Positions 19,737 to 28,245 of a DNA stretch of 52,418 bases are shown piece after piece. Every line of letters starts with the position of its first letter. Position 1 is the stretch's first letter. A program made the translations under genes and the position numbers. The DNA lies in the IMG/VR virus record IMGVR_UViG_3300036846_000061, positions 1 through 52,418 of that record; one strand, 5' to 3'. Under the pieces are notes generated by a model. It was not told the DNA's origin and made no database searches. It saw nothing but the letters and a program-made list of their open reading frames with translations. The DNA comes from a virus. Lineage: Duplodnaviria; Caudoviricetes.

Positions 19737-21195
19737 TATAGTTAATGTTGGCAATTATGGTCTATTGTCTACTGGATTTGCACGTATGCGCTTTCCAGAA
19801 ATTAGACAACAAATCATAGATACACTACAGCAAAAGACTGGAGTAACATTTGAAACCAGGACAGACTCAATCACAGGTCAATTCATTGATACGTTCGCTG
19901 AACGAGAAGCAACGTTATGGGAATTGGCTGAGGCTGTTTATCATGCTATGTATCCCAACTCTGCTACTGGCGTTAACCTTGATAATTCTGTTTCTTTCGC
20001 TGGTGTGAGAAGGCTATTTGCTGAACGGTCTACTGCTTGGTGCGCTTGTTATGGAGTTGAAACGACAGTAATTCCTGCTGGAAGTATTATACGCAATAAC
20101 TCTACACAAGACAATTTCTTGCTTGATAAGGATGTAACTATATCAAGACAAAGAACAATTGATGCTACTATGCAAGTAATGGATGCCATTGAAGGTAATC
20201 AATATTGGATTGAAATTGATACCTCTATGCATCTCTATATTGCTGTTGCGGGAGATACCACTACATCAATTGCAGAAGCATTATATGCCAAAATGCTTAG
20301 TCCTAAGTATGTAGTTTCAGCTGATGCCAATAACATTCGTATATATGGAATTGAGTCCATCCCTTTTGCTCTTCAAATGTCCACTAACATATCTCTTTTG
20401 CAAATAGGCACGCCAGGAGATTTCACAGCTGAAGCCTTCGGCCCAAATGATATATCAGTTAATAGTTTAACAACAATCGTTACAACTATGACTGGATGGA
20501 CAGGAGTTAATAATGTTGTTGAAGGACATATGGGTCGCAATTTAGAAACTGATGATGAACTTAGACTGCGATATGACAGAGGTGTATTTAGACTTGGCGC
20601 TACTACATTGGATGCTATACGATCTAACATTTTACAAAATGTTCAAGGTATTATGAATTGTCAAGTATATGAGAACCAAGAAGATACGGTTGATGCTGAT
20701 GGTAGACCTCCCCATAGTATTGAAGTAATTGCTTATGGTGGTAATCCAGAAGATATAGCTAATCAAATATGGTTATTGAAAGCGGCGGGTATTGATACCT
20801 TTGGCTCTGTTACTGTCAATATAATAGATAGTATAAATGTTCAACATGCCATTAACTTCAATAGAGCCACTCCAGTTTATATCTGGGTAAACATAGCAGT
20901 TTCACTTTACAATGAAGAAATATTTCCAGATAATGGTATTTCACTTATCCAAACAATTGTTACTAACACAGGTAATACTTTTGGAATTGGAAAAGATGTT
21001 ATAACTCAACGCTTCTATGGTCCGATCTATGCCGGTGTATCTGGAATAGGTAAGATGGATATTACAGTAGCAAAGATGTATGATCCTGATACCGCTCCGC
21101 AACCAACAGATTATACTGATCAAAATATACCTATATCGCCAAGAGAACTATCCACATTTATTGAAACTCATGTATCGGTATCTATTCTATCATGA
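19729..21195 (+). CDS. Baseplate J-like protein
   Basis: SATGVNLD, GRNLETDDELRLR, PPHSIE, KAAGIDTFG motifs. Confidence 0.9.
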   Translation: MSDIVNVGNYGLLSTGFARMRFPEIRQQIIDTLQQKTGVTFETRTDSITGQFIDTFAEREATLWELAEAVYHAMYPNSATGVNLDNSVSFAGVRRLFAERSTAWCACYGVETTVIPAGSIIRNNSTQDNFLLDKDVTISRQRTIDATMQVMDAIEGNQYWIEIDTSMHLYIAVAGDTTTSIAEALYAKMLSPKYVVSADANNIRIYGIESIPFALQMSTNISLLQIGTPGDFTAEAFGPNDISVNSLTTIVTTMTGWTGVNNVVEGHMGRNLETDDELRLRYDRGVFRLGATTLDAIRSNILQNVQGIMNCQVYENQEDTVDADGRPPHSIEVIAYGGNPEDIANQIWLLKAAGIDTFGSVTVNIIDSINVQHAINFNRATPVYIWVNIAVSLYNEEIFPDNGISLIQTIVTNTGNTFGIGKDVITQRFYGPIYAGVSGIGKMDITVAKMYDPDTAPQPTDYTDQNIPISPRELSTFIETHVSVSILS

Positions 21196-21809
21196 GTGAT
21201 ACTCTTAATTTTCCTCACAACCACGCTGACATAGCATGGAACCATTTCCTCGCTCAACATTTCAACAAGGAGAATACTGAAGACTTTGTTAGATCATTCT
21301 ATCCTCCCATCAATGTACTTGATAAAGCATTATGGGATTTGTATACTAAGAGATGGATCGAAACATCTGAAGGTGCGCAATTAGATGGCTGTGGTTATAT
21401 TGTAGGTATAGCAAGAACAATTTCTAACTCTGTATATGGAGCATTCTTTGGATTTGTTACTCAAATAGCTGGTAGAGCATTTGGCGTAGCTAGAATGCGT
21501 CGCAAGGGAGAGCCTTGGTCATTTAGTTCTGTGCTTGGGGATACTGAATATAGAACACTCATCAAACTAAAGATTGCTTTGAATAATGGACATGGCACTG
21601 CTGAAGAAATAATGCAAGCCTATAATATGACTTTGAGTGTAACTGGAACTATAGTCAACGATACTGGTAATGCTAATGCTGATGTTATAGTCAATGATTA
21701 TATTCCTCCCAGTGATCCTAGGTCGCAACTATTTAATTACATGATACCCAAATCTGCTGGCATAAAACTTAACATTGTAACTCTAGCTGCGCCGCCAGGA
21801 GTAGAATAA
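21192..21809 (+). CDS. Baseplate protein (DUF2612-like)
   Basis: EGAQLD..G.IVG..R, D.EYR.LIK.KI..N, PKSAGI motifs. Confidence 0.8.
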   Translation: MSDTLNFPHNHADIAWNHFLAQHFNKENTEDFVRSFYPPINVLDKALWDLYTKRWIETSEGAQLDGCGYIVGIARTISNSVYGAFFGFVTQIAGRAFGVARMRRKGEPWSFSSVLGDTEYRTLIKLKIALNNGHGTAEEIMQAYNMTLSVTGTIVNDTGNANADVIVNDYIPPSDPRSQLFNYMIPKSAGIKLNIVTLAAPPGVE

Positions 21810-23059
21810 TGGTATCAGCAATAGACTGGACTAAGCCAATATATGGATTGCCTACTACGCAAAGTGTGCGTGATAACTTTCAAATAGCCAATGAAGAAAT
21901 ATCCGCGATACAAGAATTGTTGACTGGCGACTTAGGTTTCATTTCGCAAGGCGATGCTGATTTACGATATCTACAATTGATTGGTGGTGTGTTAACTGGT
22001 GATTTGACAGGACTTAGTATAGCTGGAAGCTATCTCTATTCATCGGGAAGTGTTGAGGCTGTTGGAACCGTTCAAGGATCTTATATTAATTCAACGGGCA
22101 ACGTTAATGCTGCTGGCGCTCATAATGGTGGTGCGGTAAATGTATCTGGTGAAGTAAGAGCGGGTGGCAGTATGATGGTAGCAAGTGGTACTATTTATGT
22201 TGCAGACAATTATACTTATTATAGTGGTCGCAATCCTTCTACTGGTAATTGGCAATGGGTGCAAGCAAATCAAGAATTAATGCACGTAGATACTGCTGGT
22301 GGTTTATGGAACCTTGGCAATTATTGGTGTAGCGGTCAGATAGACTCATCAGGTGGATGTCGTTCTAATAATGGAAGGTTAATGTCTATTGGTAGTAATA
22401 ATAATCCATCAGTTACTTGCTGGGATACTGCTATGGGTTATGCCATGGGTATGTGTATCCAGACTGGTAATGCTGGCGGTTTGTTCTTTGCTGGAATGGA
22501 TGGTGGTGGTAATGTAGCTGCTTGGTATGGATATATTGGTGCGGGTTCGGTCGGATGTAATAACGCTACAGTTTCTTTTACTAATTATAATGGTGCCTAT
22601 GGAATATTGTGGGGCGACAATGGCGCGATGTCCGTTCCAGGTTCGGCATGGAAACCTGGAGGCGGCTCGTGGGCTGATAGTTCTGATATAAGAATTAAAA
22701 CTGTTATAGGTGATTATACTTCTGGCCTCGATGAGATACTAGCGTTGCGTCCTATTCGTTATAATCTCAAAGACAACTGGCGCTTTATTGATGGTCGTAA
22801 TGCTGAAGTATTCAAAGACAATAAGCCTGCAATACAAACGCCGCATCAATTTGCAGTAGATGGAACTGAATACATAGGCTTTGTTGCTCAAGAATTAGAA
22901 ACTATAATGCCAGAAACAATCAAAAAGATGCCTGCTATAATTGATGATAAACTAGTAGATGATCTACGGATCGTAGACATTACTGCTGTGTCCTATGCCT
23001 TAGTCAATGCTGTAAAGACATTGCACGCTCGTATCGTTGGACTAGAAGCTCGTGTTTGA
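21809..23059 (+). CDS. Tail fibre with C-terminal peptidase S74-type chaperone domain
   Basis: SDIRIKT...GLDEILALRP..Y...IGFVAQELE..MPE motif. Confidence 0.85.
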   Translation: MVSAIDWTKPIYGLPTTQSVRDNFQIANEEISAIQELLTGDLGFISQGDADLRYLQLIGGVLTGDLTGLSIAGSYLYSSGSVEAVGTVQGSYINSTGNVNAAGAHNGGAVNVSGEVRAGGSMMVASGTIYVADNYTYYSGRNPSTGNWQWVQANQELMHVDTAGGLWNLGNYWCSGQIDSSGGCRSNNGRLMSIGSNNNPSVTCWDTAMGYAMGMCIQTGNAGGLFFAGMDGGGNVAAWYGYIGAGSVGCNNATVSFTNYNGAYGILWGDNGAMSVPGSAWKPGGGSWADSSDIRIKTVIGDYTSGLDEILALRPIRYNLKDNWRFIDGRNAEVFKDNKPAIQTPHQFAVDGTEYIGFVAQELETIMPETIKKMPAIIDDKLVDDLRIVDITAVSYALVNAVKTLHARIVGLEARV

Positions 23060-23090
23060 CGGCACTGACTACCAACCAAGGAGAAGAAGA

Positions 23091-23291
23091 ATGCCTGATA
23101 TTACTGTTAGTTTGCCACAAGATGATTGGATTAAGATACTTGATATGATAGCAGACTATCCTTTCAAGAGGGTGGCACCACTAATACAAACTCTACAGCA
23201 ACAACTAATTCCACAGATGCAACAACCTGGCCAACCACAAGTTCCGCAGCGGAATAACGGTGAGGCCCGCGCGCCAGGAGGAAACAACTAA
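23091..23291 (+). CDS. Small hypothetical protein
   Basis: AAGGAG RBS; Gln-rich; lies between the fibre genes. Confidence 0.65.
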   Translation: MPDITVSLPQDDWIKILDMIADYPFKRVAPLIQTLQQQLIPQMQQPGQPQVPQRNNGEARAPGGNN

Positions 23292-23292
23292 T

Positions 23293-24891
23293 ATGTCAAC
23301 TTGGTGGGACCGTTTCAATCAAAGCTGGGCAGATACTGGTCCTCTTGACGATCCAACTCCTGCACAAGCAAATGTTGGTTGGGAGTATATTGGACAGGCC
23401 CCACCAACAGTTGAACAATTTAATAGTGTCCACCAATGGTGGGATAAGAAAGACAATTGGCTATTTGGTCAAATCTCTACAGTAATAACTAAAGCTAATT
23501 TGGTTCCGGTTGAGGGTGATCTTCTAACATTATGGGAAGCTATCAAATTTATATTTGAAGCTCCCAATGATGCTTATATCTATGCACGTGGACAATTAGG
23601 TTGGCATAGTGGCGGAACATTTAGTGGGGATATAACTGCTGGTATTATTACTGCTAGAGGCACTGTTAATGCTGCCTCTCATGTATCTGCTGGCGGTAAT
23701 GTTGTTGCTACTGGAAATGTTAACGCAGCAACATATTTAATATCAGGCACTGATGTTTATGTCGGCACAGTTCTTCATATTGGTGGTGGTGGTTCGCCGT
23801 GGACTATGTCAAGAGGTGGTGGATATCAAACTTCATATCATTCTACTGAATGGTATGAACAATATCAAGAGTCATCTGGTAATCGTATATGGGCTGGTAA
23901 TATTGGCGGTGGCGTCATAACTCTTATGCAATTGGCTGGCGGTAGTCTTTGGTGTGCTACTGATATTACTGCTAATAGAAATCTTGTTGCTGCTGGAACT
24001 GTTCAAGGAGGATATATAACTTCTACTGGCAATGTAAATGCTGGTGGGACTGTTACTGCTTCTGGTGATATAAATGCTAATGGCAGTATGATGGTGGGTA
24101 GTGGCATCACTTATGTTGCTTACAACTATGCATATTATAGTGGTCGGTCAAGTGATGGGGCCTGGAGATGGGTTGAGAATAACTCTCAAAATATGGAGAT
24201 GAATGCTGGTGGACGTTTGTGGATAAAACAAAATTTGAATTGCAGTCAAGCAATAGACTGGCGAGACAGTTCGTTAGCTGGCTGTTTCGGCACTACTCCT
24301 GGCGCTGCATTTAGATTTTATTCTGATGGCTCAGGCAATGCTTTCCAGCAACTAGGTGTTCAAGGTTGGGGAAGTATTATGAGTTATAATACTCAAATAT
24401 ATCCCACTGGTGGCGGCGCTTGGTCTTGTGATATTTATGGTCAAACTGCACAACATGGAAATTGTGCGGCAGCAGGATATCCTGGTTTATCAGATGCAAC
24501 TATTAAAACTAATGTTCACCCTTGGACTCCTGACTTAGATACAATATTGGGTATTGAAACGGTATCCTTTCAATATCGTGAGGACTTTATTAAAGAGAAA
24601 GGGGTTACTCATTATGGAGTAACTGCGCAACAAGTTAGAACTGTATTGCCTGAAGCTATAGTTACTTTGAAGATGGACACTACCACTAAGATTATGACTG
24701 ATCCTAACTCAGATGAAAAGTATGAGGACAATGGAACTAATGCGGTTAATATATTGGCAGTTGATTTGAACGTGGTAGTATATGCTTGCGTTAATGCAAT
24801 AAAACAATTATCTGCGAAAGTAGATGCTGCGTTAGGACCAAATCAAAATCCAGGACCATTGCCTCCAATTCGGCCAAATAAGGAAGCATAA
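23293..24891 (+). CDS. Tail fibre with C-terminal peptidase S74-type chaperone domain
   Basis: GW...GQAPPTVEQFN baseplate-anchor N-terminus; SDATIKTN...HYGVTAQQV..VLPE. Confidence 0.85.
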   Translation: MSTWWDRFNQSWADTGPLDDPTPAQANVGWEYIGQAPPTVEQFNSVHQWWDKKDNWLFGQISTVITKANLVPVEGDLLTLWEAIKFIFEAPNDAYIYARGQLGWHSGGTFSGDITAGIITARGTVNAASHVSAGGNVVATGNVNAATYLISGTDVYVGTVLHIGGGGSPWTMSRGGGYQTSYHSTEWYEQYQESSGNRIWAGNIGGGVITLMQLAGGSLWCATDITANRNLVAAGTVQGGYITSTGNVNAGGTVTASGDINANGSMMVGSGITYVAYNYAYYSGRSSDGAWRWVENNSQNMEMNAGGRLWIKQNLNCSQAIDWRDSSLAGCFGTTPGAAFRFYSDGSGNAFQQLGVQGWGSIMSYNTQIYPTGGGAWSCDIYGQTAQHGNCAAAGYPGLSDATIKTNVHPWTPDLDTILGIETVSFQYREDFIKEKGVTHYGVTAQQVRTVLPEAIVTLKMDTTTKIMTDPNSDEKYEDNGTNAVNILAVDLNVVVYACVNAIKQLSAKVDAALGPNQNPGPLPPIRPNKEA

Positions 24892-24894
24892 TGT

Positions 24895-25110
24895 GTGGAG
24901 CCATTCGACCCGCTCAAAGGTGCATTTATACTTATTGCCGCCCTAATATGTTTAGTAGCACTAACAAATCTACTCATATTTGCTGGTTGTGTTATGAAGG
25001 CAGAAACATTATGCACGAGACCAGTTAACATAGGTCAAGTGACGTTGGAATTGATTACTGCCATAGCAGTTCTGATAGCAGCACGTAAACCGCCAGGAGG
25101 TAACACATGA
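24895..25110 (+). CDS. Small membrane protein, putative holin
   Basis: Two hydrophobic segments; overlaps the lysin start. Confidence 0.5.
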   Translation: MEPFDPLKGAFILIAALICLVALTNLLIFAGCVMKAETLCTRPVNIGQVTLELITAIAVLIAARKPPGGNT

Positions 25111-25469
25111 GCTATATAGTTGAAGATCCACAACAGCATGAAGACAAAGTTATAGACAACGGACACTGTGTTCGTTTCTTGCAAGTTGCGGGTAAGGTTC
25201 CTCATACCTCTGAATGGAAAGCAGGTATGAAAGTAAAGAGTGCCATTATACCTACGGGAACTTGTATAGCTACATTTTCCGATGATGGTCAATATGAGAA
25301 CAGAACTGACGGTACTAGTCATTGTGCCGTATATTTAGGTCAAACTCCTGATGGTCTTATAGTTTATGATCAATGGCAAGGTCATCCAGTATCAATAAGA
25401 ACAATATGGTTCCGCAATGGGAAGTCTACTGCTGTAAATGATGGTGATCAATACTATGTTATTGACTAA
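25107..25469 (+). CDS. Putative endolysin, BPSL0067/Tae2-like Cys-His peptidoglycan amidase
   Basis: GHCV, GTCIATF...G.Y, SHCAVYLGQ...G..VYDQW motifs; last gene of the late module. Confidence 0.75.
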   Translation: MSYIVEDPQQHEDKVIDNGHCVRFLQVAGKVPHTSEWKAGMKVKSAIIPTGTCIATFSDDGQYENRTDGTSHCAVYLGQTPDGLIVYDQWQGHPVSIRTIWFRNGKSTAVNDGDQYYVID

Positions 25470-25590
25470 GCAAAACCCGGTGCGCCCTAAGTATGATATT
25501 GAACTTCCCGGTGCGCAATCATACTCCGGCCAGGAACTTCGTTTAGCAGAAGTAAACGCTCTCTGGACGCGGGCGCACCGGGAAGTGCAA
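25470..25590 (-). ncRNA. Candidate ~120-nt structured small RNA with alternative pairings
   Basis: Upstream TTTACT-N17-TATAAG; 5' arm complementary to two different downstream segments; ends in TTTT. Confidence 0.55.
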
Positions 25591-25595
25591 ATATA

Positions 25596-25624
25596 CTTAT
25601 AGAGGAAAAGATATATAGAGTAAA
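25596..25624 (-). promoter_or_regulatory. Putative sigma70-like promoter TTTACT-N17-TATAAG
   Basis: Same architecture as the elements at 36617-36644, 42631-42659, 47192-47220 and 50701-50729. Confidence 0.55.
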
Positions 25625-25644
25625 GTAACGATTACGTTACCCAA

Positions 25645-27087
25645 TCAAATATCTTCTGTCAAGAACCTTTGTATATCAATTATGCTACGGAAATATTGTG
25701 ACTTCATTTGTTTCGACTTCAACGCTAACAATAACCGATGATCTATAGTTCTTGGAACTATAATGTCATGATATGTTACTTTGTTCTCCTGGCCGATACG
25801 ATGGTTGCGATCCTCAGCTTGTATCCTGTCAGTAGATGACCATACATTACTATAGAATATTGTAGTTGAGGCTTCGTTCAATGTAAGCCCTGTGCCGCCA
25901 GAAGCAACAGTAATAACCAATGCTTTACATTCTGGTTCTTGGCGCCAGCGTTCTATTTCAGTGAGTCTCTGAGAGCCTTCGATCCGAGACGATACCCCTA
26001 CTGCCCGGATGCGTTTTGTAGCTAGCTCTGAAATAATTAGGTTAACGTCCATTATAAAGCGACAGAATATAATTACCTTACTAGAAGCATTCTCAACTAT
26101 CTCTGCAACTAGGCTAGCTCTATTGGACGGTATGATCTCTGTGGCTTTAGGATCATCGCTAGTATTGACATGACCGCATAATACTTGTTGTAACCGTATC
26201 ATCTTTGTTATTGCCATAGTTGCATCGACTAGTTGACCAGTCTTTAGTTCATATAATAGTTCTTGTTGTAGTTTGTTATAGATATGAGCTTGTTCCTTTG
26301 TCATATCTATTTCATTAGTGACATAGACTTTATCAGGTAAATCTAGACAATCTTTCTTGCGCTTCTGATACGCAAATGGAGCGATCCTGGAAGCTAACAT
26401 TTCCTCATTACGATATCCAACAATTTGTCTAAAGATTTGCCCACTCTTGATTTGTCTTTGATCCTCTATACAATACATACTCTTGAAAGCAGTATAGGAA
26501 CGTAATCCAATAATGTTTATATCAAGGAACCTAAATTGAGAGTATAGACCTTGTATACCTTCCTCTGCTTCTGTTCCTGTAGCTATGCGACGTATCTTGG
26601 TAAAATTGGCTAACTCTATTATTGCTTTTGTTCTTTGAGCAGTAGGATTTTTGATCTTATGACTTTCATCTATTGCCATATAGGTCATGCGCCGCGCCAG
26701 GAGTATTCGCTTGAGGTAGTTCTTGCCTCCTTCAGAAGACAAAGCTTCAATGTTCATTAGGAATACAAGTACTTTACCTGATTCCAATATAGCTTTAGTC
26801 TCTGCCTCTTTCTTTTCTATAGACATACCGGAACGCCATACTTGTATTCCCCATTTGTCATAGTTGGGAGGCCCATGTTTAAGAAACTCTGCCTTCCAAT
26901 TTATATGAACATTATTGGGCGCTATAATGACGACGCAATTGATCTCCTGGCGCTCTATCAGATTGACTACCTCGTGAACTATAATTGCACTCTTGCCTAC
27001 ACCCATCTCCATGAAGTATGCAAAGCCCGTTCTATAGTTTGCTTCTTGTATAGCTTCTTCTTGATGTTTATAGAGTGGCGGACTCAT
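25645..27087 (-). CDS. SNF2-family helicase
   Basis: MEMGVGKS, DESH, GGTGLTL, QAEDRNHRIGQ motifs. Confidence 0.92.
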   Translation of the reverse strand: MSPPLYKHQEEAIQEANYRTGFAYFMEMGVGKSAIIVHEVVNLIERQEINCVVIIAPNNVHINWKAEFLKHGPPNYDKWGIQVWRSGMSIEKKEAETKAILESGKVLVFLMNIEALSSEGGKNYLKRILLARRMTYMAIDESHKIKNPTAQRTKAIIELANFTKIRRIATGTEAEEGIQGLYSQFRFLDINIIGLRSYTAFKSMYCIEDQRQIKSGQIFRQIVGYRNEEMLASRIAPFAYQKRKKDCLDLPDKVYVTNEIDMTKEQAHIYNKLQQELLYELKTGQLVDATMAITKMIRLQQVLCGHVNTSDDPKATEIIPSNRASLVAEIVENASSKVIIFCRFIMDVNLIISELATKRIRAVGVSSRIEGSQRLTEIERWRQEPECKALVITVASGGTGLTLNEASTTIFYSNVWSSTDRIQAEDRNHRIGQENKVTYHDIIVPRTIDHRLLLALKSKQMKSQYFRSIIDIQRFLTEDI

Positions 27088-27506
27088 GGGTTCACCTTTA
27101 CTAGCCAAGATGGACAATAGACTTTGATTTCATTATTCATTATTTCAAATCTCACTTGTGTCGCTCTAATCATATTGACATTTGGTTCTGGCCAAAGAAC
27201 CTTATATGCTTCCAAGTATCCTAAATTCAAATGTATAATTTGTTTACCAACATTAGTTATATTGGCAATTAAACCACCAGGATCAGGTATCAAATATAAA
27301 CAAGCTTCATTACCTAATCCTTCTGCTACATGAAATCTTGCTTTATCATTCTCATTCTTTATGAATTGTAAACAAATATTTCTTGGAATGAAAATGTTTA
27401 GGACTTGCGAGCTTCCATGGCTGTTTATAGACATTAATACTCCTTTGTATTTATCTGGTCCTTTCCTAACATTATGTGTTATGATCTTGCGACTATAGTT
27501 ATCCAT
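27084..27506 (-). CDS. Hypothetical protein
   Basis: Coupled ORF within the operon. Confidence 0.6.
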   Translation of the reverse strand: MDNYSRKIITHNVRKGPDKYKGVLMSINSHGSSQVLNIFIPRNICLQFIKNENDKARFHVAEGLGNEACLYLIPDPGGLIANITNVGKQIIHLNLGYLEAYKVLWPEPNVNMIRATQVRFEIMNNEIKVYCPSWLVKVNP

Positions 27507-27865
27507 TATAGATGTTCTCCTGTCAATTCAAAGTAATCCTCGATGTCTCTCATCAAGAAGTTCCAAGTTGATTTGCCCTCGTCATCTAGTTGTGGGAACC
27601 ATTTATTGTGAACCCATCTTAGATAGCTTGGGTCTATGTCATCAAACTCCATACCTCTATGTTTACCAAAGGGCATAATTTTAGGTCTATGTTGTTGTTT
27701 TTGTTGTTGCGGTTGTGATTGAGGTTTACCATTTAGAATGTCGAAAGTTATACCACGCTTGCGCAATGAGTTAAAGAACATTACTGCAGCGTTCTGGATC
27801 TCGCCAACCTTAGCTCCAGGATCAAGAGCTAGTCTCATCATCTTTGTTTCGGTGTCAGTTAGCAT
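27506..27865 (-). CDS. Hypothetical protein with MPFGKHRG (DUF3820-like) domain
   Basis: MPFGKHRG...IDPSYLRW motif. Confidence 0.7.
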   Translation of the reverse strand: MLTDTETKMMRLALDPGAKVGEIQNAAVMFFNSLRKRGITFDILNGKPQSQPQQQKQQHRPKIMPFGKHRGMEFDDIDPSYLRWVHNKWFPQLDDEGKSTWNFLMRDIEDYFELTGEHL

Positions 27866-28137
27866 TATTTTTTACCTTTGTTATATGTTGTATAGTCATC
27901 TATTACGCCATGACGATATGCCCAGCTACCATCTTTAGCTCTAGTAATACCAGGCTTATTCTGGGGATCATATTCTGGAACCTTTGGCCATATCTTATCT
28001 CGTTTCTGTTCTTCTCTTTTAGTCTTGTTTTTATAATAATGAGCTAACACTCTATGATTAGTGCAACAATACTTTGCATTAGTAGTTCCCTTCATCTTAA
28101 AGAACTTATAACAATATTCACATTCTCCTATTCTCAT
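27865..28137 (-). CDS. Small Zn-binding hypothetical protein
   Basis: CEYC...KYCC...H; AGGAG RBS. Confidence 0.6.
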   Translation of the reverse strand: MRIGECEYCYKFFKMKGTTNAKYCCTNHRVLAHYYKNKTKREEQKRDKIWPKVPEYDPQNKPGITRAKDGSWAYRHGVIDDYTTYNKGKK

Positions 28138-28154
28138 TTGTTTTTACTCCTACA

Positions 28155-28206
28155 GCCGTAAAATACTAGCCTCCTTACTAGCGCGCGTCTACTACTATTT
28201 TACGGC
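28155..28206. promoter_or_regulatory. Intergenic inverted repeat
   Basis: GCCGTAAAATA...TATTTTACGGC downstream of the polymerase gene. Confidence 0.5.
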
Positions 28207-28245
28207 CTATAGTCTCTCGACATTAGCGCCGTTAGCCTATAAGCC

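Noticed and set aside
21809-24891. Diversity-generating retroelement acting on the tail fibres
   Set aside because: No reverse transcriptase, and the shared segments do not differ only at adenines
25470-25590. tRNA or hammerhead ribozyme
   Set aside because: No cloverleaf or T-loop and no CUGAUGA/GAAA core; other ribozyme classes were not excluded
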